From: an uncultured delta proteobacterium
Lineage (GTDB): Bacteria > Desulfobacterota > Binatia > UBA9968
Reading direction: 5' to 3'
DNA: 64,000 nucleotides
Assembly: GCA_963771465.1 (NCBI GenBank)
Contig: CAVYTU010000006.1
Location: 64,001-128,000, forward strand
The translations under genes and the position numbers were made by a program. Below, piece after piece: positions 40,258-48,670 of the stretch (positions are counted from its first letter, which is position 1; each line of letters begins with the position of its first letter). The notes under the pieces were generated by a model, which searched no databases, was not told where the DNA came from, and saw only the letters and a program-made list of their open reading frames with translations.

Positions 40258-40569
40258 GAGATCGCCTCATCGTCTGACGCATAACGGTTTAATCTACTGC
40301 CGAATGTTCGGCCGTATATTGAGTTTTTTCGTTTCGATTCCACAAAAACAAAACCGATTGAAATATTCTCCAGTTGCCAAGATCTTGTCAAGAACGAACT
40401 AGGTTCCAGGTGTTGCAGGGTTGTTCGCCGGTTGGCGTGTTGCTCGTCTCGCGGCAGGTGCTAGAGTTCGGATGTGAGCTCCACTCGCATCAGCCGCCGC
40501 ATGAACGCGTCCCGCGCGGACGTCTATCGCGCGCTTCTCGACATTACGGGCTCAGTAAAGAAAAAATGG

Positions 40570-40609
40570 CGTTCAAGCCGTTCAATCGCTTCGCTTCGTT
40601 CAAAACGTT
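40570..40609 (+). repeat. GTTCAA-family intergenic repeat
   Basis: gttcaagccgttcaatcgcttcgcttcgttcaaaac, nearly the reverse complement of 45451-45487. Confidence 0.75.
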
Positions 40610-40833
40610 ATACGAAATAAGATGATGCGCCGCTGACGACGGGATTGTTTTGATTTAACTCTGCGTTCCACGTTGTCTCCGACGTCTAGGTTTTGATGAT
40701 CTCTGCGAATCCTTTCCACATGGCCGCGTATGTTCTTGTTCCGAGGCAAAGTAAAGTGACCGCTTGACACGTTCGTTAAGCTTGTACTACGCGAAGAAGT
40801 GCGCCAAACAATAATCTTTGACGGAGGTTCAGC

Positions 40834-41598
40834 GTGGAAAAGTTGATACCAAAATTTCGCTTCGGTCACATCGATCCGGCGGCCGTCGAGGCGCGCCGGG
40901 CGCGACGCGGCCCCGGTTACGAGTTTTACCAGATCGTCCCGACCAACATTATGTTGGTCACTGCCGTTCTAGGCATCAAAGATTTTACCCGCGACGCGGT
41001 CGAGGCCGCGATCCCCAACTATTGGAACTGCGTCGAGGCATTGGCGGAAGAAAAAGTGGATGTGTTCGTTCTCGGCGGCACTCCCGTGTCGGCGCAGTTG
41101 GGACGCCCTCGAGTTGTGCGACTTCTGAAAGAAGCCGAAGACAAATTCGGCATACGCGGCGACGCGCCCCTGGAAGCGGCGATTGCGGCGATGCAGCACC
41201 TAGGATTGAAAAAGATTACCGTGGGCGGACGCTGGACCGATGAATTCAACCAAGCAGTTATCCGTTATCTGGAGGATGGCGGTATCGAAGTTGTCGGCAT
41301 CACCAAACGCGGCCAATGGGGAAAGGAGGCTTTCGCCATGTCGTTTGAGCAAGGCTTAAAGCTGGCGCTGGAAGTTGGTCGTGAGGCGGCGCTCATGGCT
41401 CCCGATGCCGAGGCAATTTTGGTTCCCGGCGGAGCCACCATGAGCTTGCACGTGATACCTGCGCTCGAGGAGGAATTCGGCAAACCGACATTTACCAGAA
41501 CCAGCGCCGAGGTGTGGCGCAACCTTGTTCATCCTGGAATTATTCCGCCGGTAACCGGCTGGGGGAAGCTGCTAGCCTCCGGCAAACCATCGGCGTGA
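40834..41598 (+). CDS. Maleate isomerase/arylmalonate decarboxylase-like (Asp/Glu racemase fold), no catalytic Cys
   Basis: AMQHLGLKKITV, YLEDGGIEVVG, PDAEAILVPGG, LEEEFGKP, GWGKLL. Confidence 0.8.
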   Translation: MEKLIPKFRFGHIDPAAVEARRARRGPGYEFYQIVPTNIMLVTAVLGIKDFTRDAVEAAIPNYWNCVEALAEEKVDVFVLGGTPVSAQLGRPRVVRLLKEAEDKFGIRGDAPLEAAIAAMQHLGLKKITVGGRWTDEFNQAVIRYLEDGGIEVVGITKRGQWGKEAFAMSFEQGLKLALEVGREAALMAPDAEAILVPGGATMSLHVIPALEEEFGKPTFTRTSAEVWRNLVHPGIIPPVTGWGKLLASGKPSA

Positions 41599-41616
41599 AC
41601 GCGCTCTGAGAATCAG

Positions 41617-42702
41617 CTAGTCGCCGACAAGTTTTTTGACCCGTTCGATGACTTCCGCAGGCTGATTCATGACTCGTTCGGTAAGCGCCTGGAGTTCATC
41701 ACCCGTGGCGGGTTCGATTTCCAATTTGGCTTGTTTCGCCTCGGCCATGAGCTGCGGATCTTTGAGCGCTCTTGCGTAAGCCTCGCGCAAGATCTTCACC
41801 CGATCCGCTGGAACGCCCGGAGGCGCCGCCATGGGACGGCCGTATTCGTTGCCGGCCAGTATCACCTGCGCGACTCGGCGACTGATATCCGCGGTTTTGT
41901 ATCGATCCATGAGTTCGCCGAGGGTTGGAACCTCGGCCATTCGGGGATCTCTTGTCTGACCGCTCTGCACGAGATGACGATCAAAACCTTTTTTGTGCCA
42001 TGAGACAAACGGCTCACGACTGAAATGGCCGGTGACGAACATGCCGCGGCAAATAACCTCGCCCTTCTCCATCGCCAGATCGATGGCATTGCCACTTTGA
42101 TAACCGACGACTAGATTGAACTTAGCTTTGAGGGTTTCCTCGAGGATTTTTGTCAGCAAGTAAGTTCCGTCAGTGGAGCCGGTGGCGCCGCATTTGGGAG
42201 GCTCGCTCGATTTCATGACATCGTCGAAGGTTTTATAAGGTGCGTCGGCACGGACAAAAAACATCACCTCGGTTTTTTCCATGGTGCCGATCCAGTTGAA
42301 TTTTCTGAGATCGAATTTGACCTCTTCGAGACCGGTCAACTGCTGCATGTAGCGGTGCCCCTGAAACATCCCCACCGTAAGTCCGTCCGCTTTGGTCATG
42401 CCGTAAAGATAATTCGTCGCCGCCAGCCCGCCCGCGCCGGGCATATTCTGCACGATCATATTGGGATTGCCCGCGATGTGCTTCGGCATATGCTTGGCAA
42501 ATAGCCGCGCCCAGAGGTCATAAAGACCGCCGCTGTCGGTGGCGACGACAATGCGAATCGTCTTTCCCTGGTAAAATGATGGAGCCTGCGCATACGCAAG
42601 TCTGCCAACGGGCTGCCGATTGCCGATGAGCAAAGGACCCACCCAAGCGCTCCATAGCAGCGTCAGCCAAATCACCGCAAGAAATGAAAGTAGTTTTCGC
42701 AT
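41617..42702 (-). CDS. TTT receptor (Bug/TctC-like)
   Basis: FYQGKTIRIVV, QNMPGAGG, GRPMAAPPGVPADRV. Confidence 0.9.
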   Translation of the reverse strand: MRKLLSFLAVIWLTLLWSAWVGPLLIGNRQPVGRLAYAQAPSFYQGKTIRIVVATDSGGLYDLWARLFAKHMPKHIAGNPNMIVQNMPGAGGLAATNYLYGMTKADGLTVGMFQGHRYMQQLTGLEEVKFDLRKFNWIGTMEKTEVMFFVRADAPYKTFDDVMKSSEPPKCGATGSTDGTYLLTKILEETLKAKFNLVVGYQSGNAIDLAMEKGEVICRGMFVTGHFSREPFVSWHKKGFDRHLVQSGQTRDPRMAEVPTLGELMDRYKTADISRRVAQVILAGNEYGRPMAAPPGVPADRVKILREAYARALKDPQLMAEAKQAKLEIEPATGDELQALTERVMNQPAEVIERVKKLVGD

Positions 42703-42938
42703 ATGCAACTCCGATAACGCATCTTTGTCTTTCGTTGCCAGCATCGCTAGATGATCGCGGAGCGCGCGCCGACTAGCGAATAGATTCCCTAGGTAAAGAT
42801 TTAGTACCTGAACCCTGCCGCAAAAACCAGCAACTTCCGGCGCAGATCTAGAGGATTTTAGGGATAACGGATAAATGATGGAAATTTAGGATTACTTTTA
42901 TTCCTTATCCTTTCGCCTTTAGCCGGTTTCGCAGCGTG

Positions 42939-44249
42939 CTAGTTGATCGGCTGCTGCCCAATGCGCTTGGCTAACTCGGCGGGCGAGGCCATGGCCAGGG
43001 ACAGCGGCACCATGAAAGCGCTGATGGCGATGAGTCCCCAGATGGCTGCGGAATAGTTCCCGTGTAGGTCGAAGATCAAGCCCATGACCAAGGGTCCGAT
43101 GACCCCCGTCGCAATGGGGCCTCCCTGCAGCAGGCCCAAGATTCCGCCGATGGTCCGGGTGCCGAACATGATGCTGCCGACGGCGCCGCGCATGGGAACA
43201 AGGCAGCCGAAGCTGACGCCGAACATCAGCGCAAAGGGCAACGTGGCCCAGATCGTTTTGACGGCCACGAGCTGAAGGTACAACAGGCCAATGCCCATCA
43301 TCGCGGCGACGACTGCCAGGACGAGGCGATAGTCCATTCTGTCCAGCAGATAACCGCCGCCGATGCGTCCGATACCGCTGAGGATAAAGACAAAGGACAT
43401 GACCACGGCCGCCGCGGTCGCGCTCAGTCCGATGTCTTGCTGGAAGTAGGGGATCATGTGGCCCTGGACCGCGGAGTTTACCGCGAAGGTACCGGACAAG
43501 TAGCTCGTAAATAGCCAGAACTCCTTGGTGCGGAACACCGCGCGGAGCGTCAGTCCGGCATCCATTCGGCGGCGCAATGGGCCGGTAAAGTTTTCCATGG
43601 ACGCGCTCTCTTCCGGCGCGTCGCCATCGGGCCGCAAACCGTAGGGCTCCGGCCGGTCGCGCACCAGCATGCTGAGCAGCGTGACACCGACCAAGATCAA
43701 GGCGCCGTAGCCGAACAGGACGACGCGCCAGCCGTAGGCCGCCTCGATCTGCGTGTTCAGTATGACGAGAGGCGAGCCGAAGATGGGACCCGTTACCGCA
43801 AGCCCAGTGGCCAGCCCACGGTTGCGACGAAACCAGCGCGAGATGATCACTGGCCAGGTCACCGCGTGGCTGACGCCGGATGCTCCCAGGGAAATGACCA
43901 CGAAGAAGAGAAAAAAAGTGACGACGCCGGTGGTGAAGCCGAGGCCGATGAAACCGGTGCCCGAGATGACCGCGCTCCAGAAAATCAACCTACGCGCGCT
44001 GAAGCGGTCCAGCAAAAAGCCGACAGCGGGACTGACAATGCCGGACTCCAACTGGCGCAGCGACAGGGCGGCTGAAATAACCCAGCGGTCCCAGCCGAAA
44101 GCGCGTTCGATTGGGAGAATGAGAACGCCGAAGCCCTGGAAATAGGCGGCGGAGAAGATCGTGTTGGTCAATACACTCGCGGCGACCATATACCAGCCGA
44201 AAAAAAATCGCCGCTTGCCTGATTTCTCGTTGGCATGGATGTCGATCAT
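42939..44249 (-). CDS. MFS transporter
   Basis: FFFGWYMV, GFLLDRF, ISRWFRRNRGLATG, DRPEPYGLRPDG; about 12 hydrophobic segments. Confidence 0.92.
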   Translation of the reverse strand: MIDIHANEKSGKRRFFFGWYMVAASVLTNTIFSAAYFQGFGVLILPIERAFGWDRWVISAALSLRQLESGIVSPAVGFLLDRFSARRLIFWSAVISGTGFIGLGFTTGVVTFFLFFVVISLGASGVSHAVTWPVIISRWFRRNRGLATGLAVTGPIFGSPLVILNTQIEAAYGWRVVLFGYGALILVGVTLLSMLVRDRPEPYGLRPDGDAPEESASMENFTGPLRRRMDAGLTLRAVFRTKEFWLFTSYLSGTFAVNSAVQGHMIPYFQQDIGLSATAAAVVMSFVFILSGIGRIGGGYLLDRMDYRLVLAVVAAMMGIGLLYLQLVAVKTIWATLPFALMFGVSFGCLVPMRGAVGSIMFGTRTIGGILGLLQGGPIATGVIGPLVMGLIFDLHGNYSAAIWGLIAISAFMVPLSLAMASPAELAKRIGQQPIN

Positions 44250-44338
44250 TCTCGGCTTCCTACGCGGCTACGCTCGGGCATATTCATGGTAGTCATCGCG
44301 TTGAGCACTGGGAACGGGCTTGCGGCAAAACGCTTTCA

Positions 44339-44373
44339 GCGAAGCGGTTGAACGTTTGGAACGATTGGAACGG
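44339..44373 (-). repeat. GTTCAA-family repeat (short copy)
   Basis: gcggttgaacgtttggaacgattggaacgg, 9-bp period. Confidence 0.6.
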
Positions 44374-44628
44374 TTCCCTTCCGAATTTTTATCTCGGAAT
44401 CTTCCTAAAATATGGCTGTTTCACGATCTTAGCAAATACACGGGGTATTTCGCCTGCGGTGTATTGCGCCGTGGGGAATTTTCAGCACGGCCTCGCGATT
44501 CACTGCCTCAGACTTGGGACACGGCGATGGGAAATTGCCGACAAACTTTCCAATAATCCTCCAACGGATTAGTCCCTCCACGCTGCTCGCTCCGTGATTT
44601 CTAATAGATTTCGGAGGGATTTCGATGT

Positions 44629-44644
44629 TGGTACAAGGCTTGCC
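44629..44644 (+). promoter_or_regulatory. Putative sigma54 site upstream of rlpA
   Basis: TGGTAC-AAGGC-TTGCC. Confidence 0.55.
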
Positions 44645-44752
44645 TGCGAGTACCAGTACCACGTCCGGAGTCGGGTATGTGAAACGTGACCCGTTACTCA
44701 TGGCGGTGCCATTTTTTAGGTAGGCGGACGAGGAGTAAAGTGTGGAGGTCTT

Positions 44753-45277
44753 ATGGCAATACGCATTGTGATCACCCTTCTAATCTCCCTTGTTTTTAGC
44801 GGAACCGTCTCGAGCGAAGACAAGGAGACCAAAGACGCCAAGAAAATCGCAGAGAAAGTAAAGCGAAAGGCAGAGCGTTCCGAAAAAGCTGAAGGTAGGC
44901 AAGACTTGGTAAAGGACAAAGTTACTGTCAAACAGGACGATAAAGGCCAGCCGATTGTCGAACAGGTTGGCGAAGCTTCATTTTATGGCCCTGGTTTCCA
45001 TGGGAAGAAAACTGCGACCGGTGAAAAATTCAATCAAAACGATAAGACTGCAGCCCATCCGACGCTGCCGCTGGGAACCAAGGCTACTGTCACGAACCTC
45101 GACAACGGAAATTCCGTCGATGTCAAAATAAACGATCGCGGCCCCTACGTTAAGGGTCGTGATATCGACCTTTCCAAAGGCGCAGCGAAGGAATTGGGCA
45201 TGACCAAGGACGGTGTCGTTCCTGTAAAAATCGAGGCAGAGGTGGTTCCTGCTGAGAAAAGCCAAGAGAAGAAATAG
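44753..45277 (+). CDS. rlpA: RlpA-family lytic transglycosylase (DPBB domain)
   Basis: GEASFYGPGFHGKKTATGE, TAAHPTLPLGT, INDRGPYVKGRDIDLS. Confidence 0.92.
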   Translation: MAIRIVITLLISLVFSGTVSSEDKETKDAKKIAEKVKRKAERSEKAEGRQDLVKDKVTVKQDDKGQPIVEQVGEASFYGPGFHGKKTATGEKFNQNDKTAAHPTLPLGTKATVTNLDNGNSVDVKINDRGPYVKGRDIDLSKGAAKELGMTKDGVVPVKIEAEVVPAEKSQEKK

Positions 45278-45369
45278 CGAGAGCGGCGCGAAAGCGAAAT
45301 GGGATCAGTCTGACAAGTCAAACCCGGTCGGGAAGGATACGCGTGGTTGAAATGTGTGATGGGGTGCAT

Positions 45370-45496
45370 TCCTTGCTCTTCCCCCGCGACGGGGAAGAAG
45401 AAACAGGCGGGGCTTGAACCGCTCGAACGGCCGCAGTATTGAGGCCGAACGTATTGAACGGAGCGGAGCGATTGAACGGCTTGAACGGTTTGAACA
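45370..45496. repeat. Composite repeat: CTTCCCC..GGGGAAG hairpin plus TTGAAC 9-bp array, between convergent genes
   Basis: cttcccccgcgacggggaag followed by ttgaacggagcggagcgattgaacggcttgaacggtttgaac. Confidence 0.7.
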
Positions 45497-45505
45497 AAAC
45501 TTCGG

Positions 45506-45850
45506 TTATTTGCCGTCGTCGATGCTGACGACGATGATGGCGTTGGCGATCAGCCAACCGTCGTCGCCCTTTTCATTGAGCACCTGTAATCCGCCGTGGA
45601 CGACGTTGACGTGCCCGCCGCCGTGCGGCAATGTTTCCAGCACGGCTTGGCGATCCACCGCCTCGGGCTTGGGCACGCCGATGGTGACATCCACGCGCAT
45701 ATCGTCTGCGGTCTTGCCCACTAGCCGCGGAAATCCCAAGCTGCTGTGATGAATCGCATCGAACACCGCCCGCTTGGCGGCATTGGTGTAATCCAATCCG
45801 TGCACATCCACGCCCATGCCCATTTCTGTAACGCATCGTACCAAAGCCAT
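45506..45850 (-). CDS. Lin0512 family protein
   Basis: EMGMGVDVHGLDYTNAAKRAVFDAIHHSSL...LPHG...GGL. Confidence 0.88.
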   Translation of the reverse strand: MALVRCVTEMGMGVDVHGLDYTNAAKRAVFDAIHHSSLGFPRLVGKTADDMRVDVTIGVPKPEAVDRQAVLETLPHGGGHVNVVHGGLQVLNEKGDDGWLIANAIIVVSIDDGK

Positions 45851-45906
45851 ATCGGGTCACCTCCAACTGCGAGTTCGAGTCGAATCAATATTTTGTGCTG
45901 ATCAAG

Positions 45907-46626
45907 TCAATTGAGCGGCGGCCAAGACGCCAGCAGCCTGCCATAGCCTTGAATCGAAAACTTATGACCCAAGCGTGACAGGTTGTGCCACAGCATGGCC
46001 GGGTTGCTGGCGATGACAGGTAGCTTCAGCTCGCTTTCGATTCTGCCGATGATGGGCAAGGGATCGAAGGGCGCGCCTTGAAAATAGATCGCATCCGCGC
46101 CTGGCGTCTCACGGACGCTTTTCTCCATGATGCCGAAGATTTTATCCGCGGGCACGTGGGTTCCCGTGCGGGCGCCGAGATATTCGAGGGAAGGGCGGGA
46201 GAGCACGGTCAAGCCGGATTGCTTTAGCCGATCTTGGAGCAGGGCATTTATCTCGTCGTCGAACGGCGTCATGAGAATCAGTCGCTTCAAATTCATAGTA
46301 AGCAGCGCCGCGGTGGCCGCTCGTACAGGGGTCGTCACGGGGATCGTCATCGCCTCGTCAAGTTGCTTCTCGATATTAGGATTGAGAACCGTGAGCGGCG
46401 CGCCGGTGATGATCAAGCCCTCGATCGGGTGAGCCCGCACCATTTCTGCGGCGCGGCGCATGACCCCTTCGGTTCTGGCATCGACAGACGCTTCCGGGCC
46501 AACGCCGACGCTCTCGATGGTAAGTCCGACTTCTGCGGGAACCAAGGCGCGAAACCCCTCGAAATGCGGCCGGTCGCCGCTGCGAGATGTCAGTAGTCCA
46601 ATGTTAACTTTTTTTGCCGCGGCCAT
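45907..46626 (-). CDS. Maleate isomerase-like (Asp/Glu racemase fold), no Cys
   Basis: IPVTTP, LMTPF, ADAIYFQG, IESELKLPVIASNPAMLW, GYGRLL. Confidence 0.8.
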   Translation of the reverse strand: MAAAKKVNIGLLTSRSGDRPHFEGFRALVPAEVGLTIESVGVGPEASVDARTEGVMRRAAEMVRAHPIEGLIITGAPLTVLNPNIEKQLDEAMTIPVTTPVRAATAALLTMNLKRLILMTPFDDEINALLQDRLKQSGLTVLSRPSLEYLGARTGTHVPADKIFGIMEKSVRETPGADAIYFQGAPFDPLPIIGRIESELKLPVIASNPAMLWHNLSRLGHKFSIQGYGRLLASWPPLN

Positions 46627-46721
46627 AATTTAACCTCGCGAAATTTTTCCTGCTTTCACGCTACATTCCATAGTTAACTCGCGATTACAAGAAGTTCGCG
46701 CGCGTCAGCTCGACGAGAAAT
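46553..46721 (-). repeat. Copy 1 of a ~168-bp imperfect direct repeat (upstream region plus first codons of the racemase-fold gene)
   Basis: Shares tgctttcacgctacattccatagttaact exactly with 47784-47950. Confidence 0.9.
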
Positions 46722-46850
46722 TGCTGCCGTTCGCCATCGAAGAGTTCGGCGACCAGTGTTGGGATTGGCTCGGACATCCTCCCGCCCGCAGACCGCCTCT
46801 ACCGTGCGGTCGATGTCTTCCTCAAGCGAGACGATTTAAGTGAGGAGAGC
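46709..46850 (+). pseudogene. C-terminal remnant of an amidohydrolase
   Basis: DEKLLPFAIEEFGDQCW../GSDI..ADRLYRAVDVFLKRDDLSEES resembles the amidohydro_2 tail. Confidence 0.55.
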
Positions 46851-46963
46851 GAAAGTTGCTCGATCGTCTAGAATTGCAATAGTCTAAGCCAAACGCGTTT
46901 GGATATGTCGAATCAATGCCTGGCCCGATCCGCGCGGATTCGAAGTTCAAGGCGTCGACTCCA

Positions 46964-47857
46964 CTAATACTCATATACCTTTTTCAACTCGGGCACGAAC
47001 ATCATCTCGCCGATGCCCAGGCGATCCAACTCTTTCTTCCCTTCGGCTAGGATAGGCGCGCCGGGACGTAGATGACTCGGGATAATGGTGCGCAGCTTCG
47101 GATTGTTCGTAGTCATCAGGCGCGCGACCTGGGCGAACTCGGGCGGGTCGCCGGCGAGTCCCAGGATCGCCAGGTTGGGCTGGTAGAGCGAGGCATAGAG
47201 CGGCAGGTCGCCGATCAGGGTGGAATGGCCATTGTAGAAGACGGTGAAACCATTCTCGAAAGTTATTAAGAACGAAATGGCAGGACCGCCGTTGGCACCC
47301 GTCGGAAGAGTGTTGTCGTGGGCGCTCGGAGCGATTTTAAACGTAATGCCTTTCAAGACGAATCGATCACCGACTCCAGCCCGTCGGAACTGCTCCTTCT
47401 TGAGTCCTTTTTCGATGAGCCAGTTTCCCAGCGGACCTGGAGTAATGACCGTGGCGCCAGACAACGCGGCGATTTCGATCGGATTTCCCATGTCGTCGTT
47501 GTGCGCGTTCGGCACGAGGATGAAATCAGTGCGAGCCAGGCTGTCCAGCGGCACGGGCCCATCCGGGTTGCCGAGCCAAGGGCTGGTGATCACGACCACG
47601 CCCTTGGGCGAAGTTAGACGGTAGAATTCGTGGCCCAACCATTCAACTTTGACTTTCCCTTGCGCGTCCGCTGGCGTCTGGGCAAAGCCGATTGTCGACT
47701 CGACAAGACCTCCAACAACGAGGATAAGCGTAAGAACAGCGCAAGTAATGAGGCGAATGGATCGAGCGCCGACCATGTGTGTTAAGCCGTCGCAATGGGG
47801 CCGGTCGGCGGTGCGAGATATCGGTAGTCCAATGTGAATCTTTTTTGCGGCGTCCAT
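46964..47857 (-). CDS. Secreted MBL-fold hydrolase with an atypical metal motif (alternative start 47776)
   Basis: VKVEWLGH, PWLGNP, DFILVPNAHNDD, SAHD, IIPSH; hydrophobic leader after Met at 47776. Confidence 0.8.
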   Translation of the reverse strand: MDAAKKIHIGLPISRTADRPHCDGLTHMVGARSIRLITCAVLTLILVVGGLVESTIGFAQTPADAQGKVKVEWLGHEFYRLTSPKGVVVITSPWLGNPDGPVPLDSLARTDFILVPNAHNDDMGNPIEIAALSGATVITPGPLGNWLIEKGLKKEQFRRAGVGDRFVLKGITFKIAPSAHDNTLPTGANGGPAISFLITFENGFTVFYNGHSTLIGDLPLYASLYQPNLAILGLAGDPPEFAQVARLMTTNNPKLRTIIPSHLRPGAPILAEGKKELDRLGIGEMMFVPELKKVYEY

Positions 47858-47950
47858 AAGATTCCCTCGCGAATTTTTTGTGCTTTCACGCTACATTCCA
47901 TAGTTAACTGGCGATTTCAAGAAGTCCGGGCGCGGCGCTCGATGAGAAAT
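47784..47950 (-). repeat. Copy 2 of the ~168-bp imperfect direct repeat
   Basis: Encodes MDAAKKIHIGLPISRTADRPHCDG versus MAAAKKVNIGLLTSRSGDRPHFEG in copy 1. Confidence 0.9.
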
Positions 47951-48670
47951 CTATCGGGGTTAATCGACTCTTCGACTAACATTCGGGGTCGGCTAAAATC
48001 AGAGCCCGCATTGAGTGGTCTCTCATCGACCTCGAAGCCGAAATAAATCTTGTCCGTCGCCGGCCGAATCGAGTCCTTGGACGTCAGCGACGCGCGCCAT
48101 GGAGACTATTGGGGTCACTCCGGCAAACCGCCGTGTACGATCGCCGCCGATCGAATCGCCGAGTTCTTCCAGTTCGGTTCATGGGAGCGCACGATCGCCG
48201 CGCGCGGCACGGGCGCCTCCCGGCCGGAAAGCGCCGATAACAGGGAAGCGGGAGAGGCGCGGACGGTTTAGGCGAAATTTCAGACGCTCATAAGTAGCAC
48301 TACAAACTTGTCGTGGTCGAGAACTGCGCGTTTGTCCATCGTGGAAAACGCATCATACTTTGATTAATTAATTTTTGATTCATCGTTTCTTTCAAATTAG
48401 TAAAAGCAAAACATCAAAGCCTGGCACCATGCATTTGGCTCAGGAGAAAAACATGGCGGCGGCAGATCTTTCCCGTGGTTCTGCCAAGTGCTCCAGCGGT
48501 TTTACGGTTGAAATCGAGAGTGAATCAGTTAAAAGAACCGGAGCAGGTGCGTGTTGTCGTGAAAGTGAACCACATTTTCAACGACTTGCTATGGGCATTG
48601 GGACACAGCTTCTACGCCGAGCAGAGATTTTTTCTCTTGGCGAGCGTTGCGGCTAAAAGGGAGGATTGAC

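Noticed and set aside
48050-48271. 73-aa plus-strand ORF
   Set aside because: No RBS or recognisable motif; lies in a debris region.
48421-48440. Sigma54 site TGGCACCATGCATTTG
   Set aside because: GG-N10-GC spacing is not met.
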